This document shows positions 18,919-27,495 of a DNA stretch of 52,282 nucleotides, piece after piece. The position numbers and the translations under genes were made by a program. Source of the DNA: a virus (taxonomy: Duplodnaviria > Caudoviricetes); the IMG/VR virus record IMGVR_UViG_3300043747_000021, positions 1 to 52,282 of that record. One strand, 5' to 3'. Below the pieces are notes generated by a model, which had not been told where the DNA came from, did not search any database, and saw nothing but the letters and a program-made list of their open reading frames with translations. Every line of letters begins with the position of its first letter. Position 1 is the stretch's first letter.

Positions 18919-19760
18919 GCGATCAGCGGTTCACGAAAATTGCAGTCAACCTCTTGGAAAGCTGCAAAGAACTCGTTGATTGGGGCGTTATCGAGGGCCT
19001 AACGACTCACGCGAAGCTGCGGCTTTCGATCGATGCGCGGCAAGAGATGGTAGGCCGCCTGATAGATGCCGGTATGTCCCAGCGTGATGCTGCAAAGGCA
19101 CTCAACGTCGACAAGCGCACGGTCGGCCGCGACCTCAAACGCCCCAAAAGTGGGGCAAATGCCCCACGTGCCAAAGCCGAGCGGCGCGCGGAGCGCGAGC
19201 GCGAATTAGGCGAGTTCCAGGCGGCCTTGCCGGACAAACGCTATGGCGTGATCCTGGCGGACCCGCCGTGGCGGTTCGAGCCGTATAGCCGTGAGACCGG
19301 GCTGGATCGGGCGGCCGACAACCACTACGCCACCGCTGCGACCGCGGAGATTGCGGCGTTGCCAGTAGTCGACATTGCCGCGGATGATTGTGTGCTGTTC
19401 CTGTGGGCGACGATGCCGATGCTAGATGATGCCATCCAGGTGATGAAAGCATGGGGTTTCAAATATCGGACGGGACAAGCCTGGGATAAGGTTCATATTG
19501 GCAGCGGGTATTGGTTTCGCAACCGGCACGAGTTGCTGTTGCTTGGAACCAAGGGCAATCCGCCGTGTCCGGCCATGGGCGATCAGTTCCCGTCGGTGTT
19601 CACGATTGCGCGCAAGGAACACTCGGCGAAGCCTGATGCGTTTCTTGACATGATCGAGCAGTACTTTCCGACCTTGCCCAAGATCGAGCTATACCGCCGC
19701 GGGCCGCCGCGCTCGGGTTGGGACGCGTGGGGGGCGGAGGCGCAGGAGGCTGCGGAGTGA
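18915..19760 (+). CDS. MT-A70-family adenine methyltransferase with N-terminal HTH
   Basis: 'ILADPPW', 'LFLWAT', 'HELLLLG.KG', 'EHSAKP', 'KIELY.R..R.GWDAWG'; HTH 'GMSQRDAAKALNVDKRTVGRDL'. Confidence 0.92.
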   Translation: MSDQRFTKIAVNLLESCKELVDWGVIEGLTTHAKLRLSIDARQEMVGRLIDAGMSQRDAAKALNVDKRTVGRDLKRPKSGANAPRAKAERRAERERELGEFQAALPDKRYGVILADPPWRFEPYSRETGLDRAADNHYATAATAEIAALPVVDIAADDCVLFLWATMPMLDDAIQVMKAWGFKYRTGQAWDKVHIGSGYWFRNRHELLLLGTKGNPPCPAMGDQFPSVFTIARKEHSAKPDAFLDMIEQYFPTLPKIELYRRGPPRSGWDAWGAEAQEAAE

Positions 19761-20278
19761 AACTCATACTAAGCAGCGGCCACGGACTCCACATACGCGG
19801 CGCGCGCGGGTTCTTGGACGAGGTCGACGAGGCGCGCCGCGTCACGGATCGCGTCGCGGTTGACCTCCGCGACATGGGCGTCGACGCGATGGTGTTCCAC
19901 GACAACACCAGCAAGACGCAGAGCACGAACCTCGCCACGATCATCGACTGGCACAACGCCAGGGCTCGGGACCGGGACGTGTCTATACATTTCAATGCCT
20001 TCGAGACGACGAACGCGCCGCGCGGCACGGAGGTGTGCTATCAGTCGACCGCCGGCAAGGAGATTGCGACGCGGGTGTCCGCGGCGATCGCGCGTGCCGG
20101 CACGTTCACGAACCGCGGTGCCAAGCTCCGCACCAATCTGGCGTTCCTGTCGCGCACGGCGCGGCCTGCGGTGTTGATCGAGGTGTGTTTTGTCGACAGC
20201 AACGCCGACGCCGATTTGTACAATCGTCATTTTTCTGAGATATGCCGAGCGATCGCTGAGTCGTTGAGCGCACCATGA
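19757..20278 (+). CDS. Endolysin, N-acetylmuramoyl-L-alanine amidase (Amidase_3)
   Basis: 'SSGHG...E', 'VSIHFNA', 'PAVLIEVCFVDS' zinc-amidase motifs; GTGA overlap. Confidence 0.92.
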   Translation: MKLILSSGHGLHIRGARGFLDEVDEARRVTDRVAVDLRDMGVDAMVFHDNTSKTQSTNLATIIDWHNARARDRDVSIHFNAFETTNAPRGTEVCYQSTAGKEIATRVSAAIARAGTFTNRGAKLRTNLAFLSRTARPAVLIEVCFVDSNADADLYNRHFSEICRAIAESLSAP

Positions 20279-20457
20279 CCGCAACGATTATCACGTTGAT
20301 TACGTCGGCGGCCGAAATCGTTGACCAGCTATTCGGCTCGAACCTTGGCGCCGACGTGCCGGGGGTTGAAATTTTCCTCGCAGCGATTACGCCTTTATTG
20401 GTGTGGCTGGCGCCGCGGCTGCCGTGGCGGCTGCCGTGGGATCACGGCCCGGCGTAA
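20275..20457 (+). CDS. Putative holin
   Basis: 60-aa hydrophobic protein directly after the endolysin. Confidence 0.5.
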   Translation: MTATIITLITSAAEIVDQLFGSNLGADVPGVEIFLAAITPLLVWLAPRLPWRLPWDHGPA

Positions 20458-20481
20458 ACCGGGAGCCGCTGTGGATGAGCT

Positions 20482-20697
20482 ATGGCTGATAGTTGTGCCA
20501 CCTGCTTTTTCTGCCGCACGATCGTGGCCACGCGGGTTTGTGCGCGTAACGCGCCGTCGTGGCAGCACATTGGAACGGTTGCGCCAGCGACCTCGGTCCA
20601 TTGGCCGATGGTTGCCGGTGAGGATTGGTGCGGCGAAGGGTACAACACCACGACGTCACTATGGCACGGGCCGGGCGGCGCAGCGCCACCGGGTTGA
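20482..20697 (+). CDS. Small Cys-rich phage protein
   Basis: CxxC...C.R..P...WP.V...DWCGE motif. Confidence 0.7.
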   Translation: MADSCATCFFCRTIVATRVCARNAPSWQHIGTVAPATSVHWPMVAGEDWCGEGYNTTTSLWHGPGGAAPPG

Positions 20698-20730
20698 TGC
20701 GTGGTTTAACTTGTTTTGGGGTGTGAAAAA

Positions 20731-21353
20731 ATGAGTTCTTTCATGTAGCCTGGGCGTTACGTCAGGCATCAATTCCGCCCGGGCCTAAGCTAGTCTTGGT
20801 GTCGGTGTGCGAGCACGCGGACCATGCTGGCGTGGTGCAATTGCCGGCCGAGCTGGTGGCCAAGGAGGCCGGCGTTGCGCTTGGCACCGCACGCAAGCAT
20901 CTGCAAGACTTGGTTGCGAACGGCTATCTCGCCAAGGGCCCGCTGCGCACTTACACAGTGCTACTCAACAATGAGCCGCGGTCGTGGGGCTCGCGCGTGG
21001 CGCCCGGTGGCGCGCGGGTGGCGACGGCGTTGGCGCCGGCACAAAAGCTCGATCCCGATGCCGGCTATGTGTTCGTGCGTGAGGGCACGCGCGCATGGGA
21101 TGCGTGGTGCAAGGCTGGGCACTCGCGCACGCTGAGCACGCGGCGGACAATAGACGGTCGCACATACACTGGCTGGGCTATGCCGAGTTTATTCCCGCCG
21201 GCACCGGGCGCGGCTGCAACCGCGACAGAAGGGTCGGTGATCTCGCCGCTGCCGGTCCCGGTGGAGTCCGCGGGACCGACGACGGCGCCGTCACCAGCGC
21301 GTGCGACCACAAATCTGATGACGGAAGCTGATTACCACGAGTTTAAGCCTTAA
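20731..21353 (+). pseudogene. HTH (replication-initiator-like) protein with an N-terminal frameshift
   Basis: ATG at 20731 is one base out of frame with the HVAWALRQ..PKLVLVSVCEHADHAG...LVAKEAGVALGTARKHL winged-HTH frame. A TTG at 20796 could give a truncated product. Confidence 0.55.
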
Positions 21354-22019
21354 TACGTGGCGACGTCGAACAGTGGTGTTCCAAGCATTGACCTTTGCTG
21401 CGGGGCGGCCGGGACTGGCATTTCATCGGGCAAAATCTGGAATGCAAGTAATCCGCCCTTTGTCTCGCCAACAGCGTGAAATCCGGCTTTCAGCCATGTC
21501 CAGCCCCATGTCTTGGCGCCGCGGACCATGATGGGACGAACCTTCTCGCGATCGATAAAAGTCACAAGTCCAAGCGAGGGTGCTTTTCCAAGACGCCATA
21601 GAGAGGCGGCAATAGCCTGACGGATCAGGTCCGACGCACGGCCGGCGCCTTCGGAGCGGAAAGCAGAACATATCCATGCCCCAGCCCAAGCATGTTGGAC
21701 AAAGTCAGTAATCGGGGCTGATGTCACCCAAAAAGCTTTGCCACAATCCGTCAGCAGCACCAAGCAAGAACCCGGCGGCACGAACTGAGGCGAGCCGATT
21801 TTTTGCCGGTTGTAATGCCGGTCAGCCAGCCGTAACGCTGCCGGGTCGGCACGATGAGAAAGGCACCACTTCATGCTCTTTTCATATGTTGGGGTATAGC
21901 AGCGATCTCGCCGCCGCCGGTCCCGGTGGAGTCCGCGGGACCGACGACGGCGCCGTCACCAGGGCGTGCGGCCGCAAATCTGATGACGGAAGCTGATTGG
22001 CACGAGTTCAAGCCTTAAT
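21239..22019. repeat. 116-bp direct repeat (21239-21354 and 21904-22019, 7 mismatches) flanking an inserted gene
   Basis: Direct alignment of the two copies. Confidence 0.95.
21350..21874 (-). CDS. Mom-like GNAT-fold protein (candidate DNA modification enzyme)
   Basis: 'ADRHY', 'AFRSEG..RASDLIR', 'LVTFID...G.TWLKAGF..VGETK' resemble Mom-family motifs. Confidence 0.55.
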   Translation of the reverse strand: MKWCLSHRADPAALRLADRHYNRQKIGSPQFVPPGSCLVLLTDCGKAFWVTSAPITDFVQHAWAGAWICSAFRSEGAGRASDLIRQAIAASLWRLGKAPSLGLVTFIDREKVRPIMVRGAKTWGWTWLKAGFHAVGETKGGLLAFQILPDEMPVPAAPQQRSMLGTPLFDVATY

Positions 22020-22320
22020 TGCACGCGCTGATGTCCGCCCAATTGTCGATGATGTTCTGTTCCTGTTTAGCATTGAGTGGCCGCCGAGGATGATCGGCGT
22101 TTAACGCGGTGATGAGTTGCTGCGGTGTCTCGAACGCTTCGCCGCGATATTTAGCAAGCTGACATTCTGTGATTTCCAGTTCATGCTTCGTGTCGTCGAT
22201 GCGGATACCGATCACAATTGCAATAAATACCGCGGCGAAAAATCCGATGGTCACGAGCACTTGCTTGCGCATTTGCTGCGTTTCCTGGTTTATACGTTCA
22301 CTCCGTGACATGGGTGTCAT
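22015..22320 (-). CDS. Membrane-anchored protein
   Basis: TM segment VLVTIGFFAAVFIAIVIGI; two Cys in the C-terminal part. Confidence 0.7.
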   Translation of the reverse strand: MTPMSRSERINQETQQMRKQVLVTIGFFAAVFIAIVIGIRIDDTKHELEITECQLAKYRGEAFETPQQLITALNADHPRRPLNAKQEQNIIDNWADISACN

Positions 22321-22391
22321 CGTTCTGTCCTTCGTTTGTGCGGCACCAGCGCCGCGATACGCGCGTGACACGCACGCGCGCGTCGCGAAGC

Positions 22392-22700
22392 TCAGAGCGC
22401 AAGCTCTTCGTGCTTGAGGTCCGCAAACCGCGGCACGAAGCAGTCGCCCAGCGCGGGCTCGGGTCCACGCAACAGGTGCTCGTGAATCCCGAACACGTCA
22501 TGGGCAAAGTTGCCGTCGTCCGCGCCGAGCAGGTCAAGCAAGCGTAGCGGCATGATGCGGGCGTGGACCGTGCGGATTTCCTGCCCGTGAATGAGCGACC
22601 AATAAAGCGCTACGTGGTTTTCCATCGCGCCGTGCTCCTCGCGGAGCATGACCGCACGGTGCGCAATGCGGTCAATCAAAGCGGTGTCACCGGGTTTCAT
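22392..22700 (-). CDS. Conserved phage hypothetical protein (DUF6874-like)
   Basis: 'H...PLRL.DLL.ADD.NFAHDVFGI..H...L.DCF.PRF' motif. Confidence 0.75.
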   Translation of the reverse strand: MKPGDTALIDRIAHRAVMLREEHGAMENHVALYWSLIHGQEIRTVHARIMPLRLLDLLGADDGNFAHDVFGIHEHLLRGPEPALGDCFVPRFADLKHEELAL

Positions 22701-22873
22701 TTCATGTCCTCCGTTGCTTTGCCGTCGCGCACGATGCGCGCGATCGATTCAGGGATAACAAGTCCGTCGAGATAGGCTTGCAGGATTGGCCGGCGCACGC
22801 CTAAGCGCGCGGCGGCCATGAATGAGTTGAGTTCATTGTCAAGCATCCATTGGCGCAGGTCGGCCGCGGTCAT
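22697..22873 (-). CDS. Small HTH-like protein (58 aa, not in ORF track)
   Basis: MTAADLRQWM...AAARLGVRRPILQAYLDGLVIP; ATGA overlaps at both ends. Confidence 0.65.
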   Translation of the reverse strand: MTAADLRQWMLDNELNSFMAAARLGVRRPILQAYLDGLVIPESIARIVRDGKATEDMK

Positions 22874-23088
22874 GGGCGGTCCTCCAAGCGCGTAATGCGC
22901 GTTTCATGCTTGAGCAGAATCGCAGTCGCTAACCGCAAATCGTCGCGGATATCAGTGATGTCGTCGTGCATGAGCGCGAGGCTTGTTCGTATCTCGCTGA
23001 CGTCTTTAAGTTTGTCGTGCATGGCGCGCAGTTCCTCGAACATGCGTTCCATTTGCTTACCTAGAAACTCAAGCGTTACCTCGGGCAT
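22870..23088 (-). CDS. Small coiled-coil protein
   Basis: GGAGG RBS; MPEVTLEFL...RITRLE. Confidence 0.75.
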   Translation of the reverse strand: MPEVTLEFLGKQMERMFEELRAMHDKLKDVSEIRTSLALMHDDITDIRDDLRLATAILLKHETRITRLEDRP

Positions 23089-23109
23089 GTGTCCTCCGTT
23101 GTGCAGCGG

Positions 23110-23161
23110 ACAGCGCTGCGGGATGCGGCACGGTTTCCCGTGCCGCACGGCCGCAGCGTTG
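23110..23161. promoter_or_regulatory. Long intergenic hairpin (possible processing site or terminator)
   Basis: CAGCGCTGCGG..TGCGGCACGG-TTTC-CCGTGCCGCA...CCGCAGCGTTG. Confidence 0.55.
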
Positions 23162-23163
23162 CG

Positions 23164-24210
23164 TTACGCTGCTTGAAGCACACGCTTCCAGTCGGAAGCG
23201 GGCAGGTCGATAAGAGCGCCGCCCGCGGCCTCAAGCTCGACGGCGCGATCGTAAGTCGTCGCGGTGTGAGCGAGCGAGGTCACCGCGTTGACAAGTCCCC
23301 AGGCGGACAAATCCCCGCCGTTGATGAGGTTGGTCCACAACGTGCCGCGCTCGGTGTCAGTGGCACCGATTTTGGCGGCCAATACCTCGACTGCCTTTTC
23401 GGGGCTTTTCTCTACCTTGACCTGCGACAAGTCTTGCAGCTTGGCCAAGTTCGCCTTGAACCGCGTTTCGTCGACCACGGCGCGAACCATATCCCGGACC
23501 TTCAAGAGCACGGTTGCGTCGTCGGATTTGCGGGTTTCGTCCGACCACTCGATTTCGCCGTTCTCTTCGACCTCGCGGCCGATATGGGCGCGGCGATAGC
23601 CTTCATTTACCTTGGCGCCGTTCAGGCAAACCAAGCGCCAGAGCAGCGCTTGAACCGACACGGCGCCACAACCTACCTCGCTGTTCTGAATGATGCCGCC
23701 GGCTTGCACGATGTCGCCGGTCTTCACCTCGCCGCGAATGGTTGGCACGGTGAAATGAATATAAAGCCGCTTATCGGTCACGCAGCACGACGGAATTTCA
23801 ACGCCCGGCAGGTCGTGCAAGATCGGAAGCGCGACCTTGGCGATTTCCTCGTTCTCTGTCCTCAAGTACCGCGACGACAGAAACGCGCGGGTATGGCCGC
23901 CAAGCGTGCGCACCATGCGCCGCTCGGGGTTCTGCCGGAACCACGTGTTGACGTTGGCCGCAAGCAGGTCTGGCGCGTCGTTAAGCATGCGGTCATAGTA
24001 TTTGGACGGGATGCCGAGGCGGGCGCCGATTTGATCGTGCGCCAGCGGCTGGATGGGAAAGGCGCCCTGGTCGGGGATTTGGAGCACGGCGTTGTCGTCG
24101 TGGTCGATTCCCATGTTGAGCGAGCCGGTATCGCAAATCATGTCGCGCTTGTTGTGCGACTGCGCTTCGATGGTGCGGGCGAGGTCGGATAACGTCATAC
24201 CTTTTTGCAT
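23164..24210 (-). CDS. DUF932/DUF945-family phage/plasmid protein
   Basis: 'AHDQIGARLGIPSKYYDRM', 'RAFLSSRY', 'NSEVG.G', 'RLVCLNG', 'WGLVNAVT'. Confidence 0.85.
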   Translation of the reverse strand: MQKGMTLSDLARTIEAQSHNKRDMICDTGSLNMGIDHDDNAVLQIPDQGAFPIQPLAHDQIGARLGIPSKYYDRMLNDAPDLLAANVNTWFRQNPERRMVRTLGGHTRAFLSSRYLRTENEEIAKVALPILHDLPGVEIPSCCVTDKRLYIHFTVPTIRGEVKTGDIVQAGGIIQNSEVGCGAVSVQALLWRLVCLNGAKVNEGYRRAHIGREVEENGEIEWSDETRKSDDATVLLKVRDMVRAVVDETRFKANLAKLQDLSQVKVEKSPEKAVEVLAAKIGATDTERGTLWTNLINGGDLSAWGLVNAVTSLAHTATTYDRAVELEAAGGALIDLPASDWKRVLQAA

Positions 24211-24307
24211 AGTCTTGACTCCACACATTGGCCCGTGAGCCGGGCATTAGAAGGCGCTGGATGCGTCCTTCGATAGCCGGCCCATCCGTAGGGCCGGCCG
24301 TCGAAAG

Positions 24308-24529
24308 CTACTCTGCGGGTTTCTCAAGCGCACTTACGCGGACGTCAAGCAGCCGCACGCGCTCAAGTGCAACATCAACATCGTGCCGCACGGCGTCGGT
24401 TTTGCCGCGAATAATACTGACGCTATCGGCAACGCGCCGGATTTCGTCAACGGCGTCTTTTAACTGCAAGCCGAACAACACCATGTCGGCGCGCAAGCCT
24501 TTGAGAATTTCCACGGTGAGGTCAGACAT
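24308..24529 (-). CDS. Small coiled-coil protein
   Basis: GTGGAGTC RBS; MSDLTVEILK...RVSALE. Confidence 0.75.
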   Translation of the reverse strand: MSDLTVEILKGLRADMVLFGLQLKDAVDEIRRVADSVSIIRGKTDAVRHDVDVALERVRLLDVRVSALEKPAE

Positions 24530-24566
24530 GCTCGACTCCACAGGTTGCGATGCTACTTGTATTCGT

Positions 24567-24776
24567 TCACTCGCGCGGCGTCAAGATGCGCCGCGCCATA
24601 TCCACAAGGTCGGTTTGCGCCGACTCGTCGCCGAATAGCCCGTGGTCGCACGCTTCTTGCGGCACGCGCGGGCGCAACGGCGCGTCGGCCCAGCGCTGGA
24701 AGCCGCGCGCGTATTCCTCGCGCGTCGGCCGGCCGAGCAGGTCGTCAAGCTTGTCTTCGATGGTCTTGTCACGCAT
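24567..24776 (-). CDS. Hypothetical protein
   Basis: GGGAG RBS; 'APLRP..PQ..CD.GLF.D...Q.DL' motif. Confidence 0.65.
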   Translation of the reverse strand: MRDKTIEDKLDDLLGRPTREEYARGFQRWADAPLRPRVPQEACDHGLFGDESAQTDLVDMARRILTPRE

Positions 24777-24987
24777 TGGCTGCTCCCGCTTGTTGTGCGG
24801 CCAGCGCGCTATCGATCGCTTGCACGGCTTTGGTGAGGTCGGCGGCGAGCAAGTTTGCGGCGGCGAGCGACAATGTTTCAATGGCGCGGGTGCCGCCCTT
24901 GGGGCCGTAGAAGCACAGCACGATGCAATTATCGTCGTTAAGCTTGTTGCCTTGCACGATGGCGGACACGAATTTGGTGTTTCGCAT
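24769..24987 (-). CDS. Hypothetical protein
   Basis: Starts at the conserved GTGGAGTC element. Confidence 0.7.
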   Translation of the reverse strand: MRNTKFVSAIVQGNKLNDDNCIVLCFYGPKGGTRAIETLSLAAANLLAADLTKAVQAIDSALAAQQAGAANA

Positions 24988-25060
24988 AGGTGACTCCACA
25001 CGGTTAGTGCGGCACGAGCGCCGCGATAGGCGCCGCATATGAGCGGCGCCCGTCGCGTGA

Positions 25061-25801
25061 CTAGCGTAAGCGGAGGTTTCCCGACCCGACGGGCCGGCCG
25101 AAGGTGGCGCGGTCGCCTGCGGCGCGGCCGGCGCTGTGAGCGTCGGCGTTGCTCACGCGCGAGGATGACCGCGAGCGCAGCTGGATGCCCGCCGCGGCCA
25201 TGGTGGCCTTGATGGCGTCACGTTTGATTTCGGCGAGCACCAGCGCGCGCGAACCGCCGGCATGATCCGCCACGCGCGGATCGCGAGCGCGGGTTGCGTC
25301 GTTGCGCGCGGATTGCGCGGTTAATTCACGCAGTCGCGCCGATATGCGGCCGGTGCAGCCCAGCACGAATCCGTTAATCATGCGGCGCCGCTGGCCTTTC
25401 GGCATGATCTGCTTGTGCAGATAGCCGAACAATTCAACCAGCACGAATTGCGACAGGTGCGCGAGCAGCCATTGCGCAAGGTCAATGTCGCTCGCCATGC
25501 CACAGAACGTGTGCCCGCCCTGCCGGCCGCTTTTGAGCCAGCATTTGACGCCTGCGAAATCCGCCACCGCACTAAGCAGGAATCGCTTGACCGCGTGGGG
25601 ATCGTGCTCGGTGTCCTCGCGCAGAACAGCCTTTTCCTCGCGCGTCAACGTTAGCTCGTTGTCATCGATTTCATAGGCATCGATCATAGCGCGGGCTTTC
25701 GCCAGCGCGGCCAACGCTTCGGCTTCGCTGCAGCCGTTTGCCATGGTTTTCTGCAACAGAGCGCGCACCTTGTTGATGAGGTTTTCTCGGTTGATTGTCA
25801 T
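25061..25801 (-). CDS. DUF2786-domain protein
   Basis: 'KVRALL...GCSEAEA.AA..KARAMI..Y.I'; C-terminal 'AGRAAGDRA'. Confidence 0.85.
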   Translation of the reverse strand: MTINRENLINKVRALLQKTMANGCSEAEALAALAKARAMIDAYEIDDNELTLTREEKAVLREDTEHDPHAVKRFLLSAVADFAGVKCWLKSGRQGGHTFCGMASDIDLAQWLLAHLSQFVLVELFGYLHKQIMPKGQRRRMINGFVLGCTGRISARLRELTAQSARNDATRARDPRVADHAGGSRALVLAEIKRDAIKATMAAAGIQLRSRSSSRVSNADAHSAGRAAGDRATFGRPVGSGNLRLR

Positions 25802-25868
25802 GAGTTTGACTCCACGCGGCATGAGCACCGCGATAGGCGCCGCATATGAGCGGCGCCCGTCGCGTGAC

Positions 25869-26075
25869 TTAATGCAGCAAGCGTGCGACCACGGCGCCGA
25901 TGATTGCTGCCAGCGCAGTGTTTCCGAGCAGTGCAACCGGTACGTACCACCATCGTTCGCGTTCAAGCTTTAACGCCTCTTGGAAAAGCTTTTCGCGTTC
26001 CGCACCCAGTTTGAGTTGCTCCGCTATCAATTTGTGCGTTTCCGCGGCCATGTGATTTTGTTCAAGTTCTGTCAT
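25869..26075 (-). CDS. Small coiled-coil protein with TM helix (paralog-like to 18049-18255)
   Basis: AETHKLIAEQLKL...ERWWY followed by a TM tail. Confidence 0.75.
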   Translation of the reverse strand: MTELEQNHMAAETHKLIAEQLKLGAEREKLFQEALKLERERWWYVPVALLGNTALAAIIGAVVARLLH

Positions 26076-26091
26076 GAGTTTGACTCCACAC

Positions 26092-26178
26092 TTACTCGCC
26101 AAAGGCGATTTGCAGAACCATCGTGACCAGCGCGAGGCCGGCCACGATGCAAGTGAGCGCGAGCAGCGTTTCCATCAT
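26092..26178 (-). CDS. 28-aa hydrophobic micro-protein (not in ORF track)
   Basis: MMETLLALTCIVAGLALVTMVLQIAFGE; ATGA overlap with the upstream stop; fills the gap exactly. Confidence 0.55.
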   Translation of the reverse strand: MMETLLALTCIVAGLALVTMVLQIAFGE

Positions 26179-26744
26179 GCCACCCGCGCGAGGCGCCCGC
26201 GGCCGCGTTCACGCATGACGCCGCGAGGATTTGCGGCGAGCGCGCGCAGCAATGGCAGCAACGTTGCGGGTGCAGCGTCGCGGCCGGGTTCGAATATCCC
26301 TTCGCGGGTGATTCGCCCGTACCAATTACCGGTACCGAATGCCTTGTCGTCGGCCACGTTGATGGTGCCGGGCTGTTTGGCGTTTGGTCCGGCGACCGAC
26401 AGCTTGATATTGGGCATGGTGCCGTCACCGCGCAGCCGGATCACCGGCCACTGGAGGACTCCTTCGGCGCGTTTGAACAGCGTGAACAGGCCCGCAAGGT
26501 CGCCGATTGATTCAGGTTTCGGCGCCGCGCCGCCCTTGTTGGCGCGATCGATTAGGCGCTGTACCCAAACGCCTTGTTTGTCAGTAAAGCGGCCGTAGGT
26601 TTCGAAACCCTCGATTAAGTCGAGTGCGAAATTGCGGTCGCGCTCGATTTGCAGTTTCGGCACAGCCGCACGAAGCAGGTCGATCGGTTCGGCGTCGTCG
26701 GCTGGAGTATTGTCGAGGTTCTGAGCGAGTTCTAGCAAGGTCAT
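26175..26744 (-). CDS. Hypothetical early protein
   Basis: 'FALDL...GRFTDKQ..WV..L' and 'WYGRITREG.F' motifs; conserved RBS element. Confidence 0.8.
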   Translation of the reverse strand: MTLLELAQNLDNTPADDAEPIDLLRAAVPKLQIERDRNFALDLIEGFETYGRFTDKQGVWVQRLIDRANKGGAAPKPESIGDLAGLFTLFKRAEGVLQWPVIRLRGDGTMPNIKLSVAGPNAKQPGTINVADDKAFGTGNWYGRITREGIFEPGRDAAPATLLPLLRALAANPRGVMRERGRGRLARVA

Positions 26745-26819
26745 CGTTGACTCCACACGTTGAGCGGCACGAGCGCCGCGATAGGCGCCGCATGTGAGCG
26801 GCGCCCGTCGCGAAACTGT

Positions 26820-27005
26820 TCACGGGGTCGCTTCGCGCATCCACGTTGCGCCGTGCAACGGATGCCAGCACGCGACAATGTCGCCGCGTCGGTCGTGAAT
26901 TGCGGCCTCTTGGCATTTCGCTTTCGCGTAGCTTATGGCGGTGGATACGGTGAGAAACTTATGCTCGGTATAGTAGCCGTGATTAATCCAGCGGATTGCG
27001 TACAT
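26820..27005 (-). CDS. Hypothetical early protein
   Basis: Bounded by two copies of the hairpin element. Confidence 0.75.
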   Translation of the reverse strand: MYAIRWINHGYYTEHKFLTVSTAISYAKAKCQEAAIHDRRGDIVACWHPLHGATWMREATP

Positions 27006-27078
27006 GGTTGACTCCACACGTTGAGCGGCACAAGCACCGCGATAGGCGCCGCATGTGAGCGGCGCCCGTCGCGAAGCA

Positions 27079-27261
27079 TCACGGGAGCATGTCGAGATAC
27101 TGGCGGCGCCGGACAACGCGCGCGATGCCATGCAGCACGGCGGTGGCGCCGACGGACGTGATTGCGGCGATGACCACGGCAAGCAGGTCGCCGGGGTACC
27201 AAAACGCGGCGTTCACGCAACACACCGCAACAAGCACGAGATCGGACAAATCGTATTTCAT
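27079..27261 (-). CDS. Small membrane protein, first gene of the leftward early operon
   Basis: Two hydrophobic segments; GTGGAGTC RBS. Confidence 0.7.
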   Translation of the reverse strand: MKYDLSDLVLVAVCCVNAAFWYPGDLLAVVIAAITSVGATAVLHGIARVVRRRQYLDMLP

Positions 27262-27495
27262 GGTCTGGACTCCACGGGCATAATCGCCCATCATGCTCAC
27301 GACATGCGCAAGCATGGGGTGCGATTTGAAGGTGACACGGCGCGCACACTGCGCCCGCGTCGAAAGGTCGGTTCACGATGACAAACAGCCCGGCGATCGC
27401 ACCGCCACAACAACACGCTCATTGTAGCGCACGACTACACGCATTGCAATGCGACAAAGTGTCGCACCCTGTCGCACGCCAGTTGACAAACGCTC

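Larger units (their letters stand above)
22338..27075 (-). promoter_or_regulatory. Family of intergenic hairpin elements: 22338-22390, 24270-24304, 24991-25060, 25807-25868, 26748-26814, 27009-27075
   Basis: mRNA sense CGCGACGG-GCGCCGC-loop-GCGGCGC-CTATCGCG ... GTGGAGTC-N-ATG; two copies have compensatory stem replacements. Confidence 0.85.

Noticed and set aside
21239-22019. Diversity-generating retroelement TR/VR pair
   Set aside because: The mismatches are not adenine-specific and no reverse transcriptase is encoded.
24991-27075. Integron attC cassette array
   Set aside because: A GTTRRRY-like GTTGAGC occurs in only two copies and in the wrong position and orientation relative to the genes. 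There is no paired R box and no IntI.
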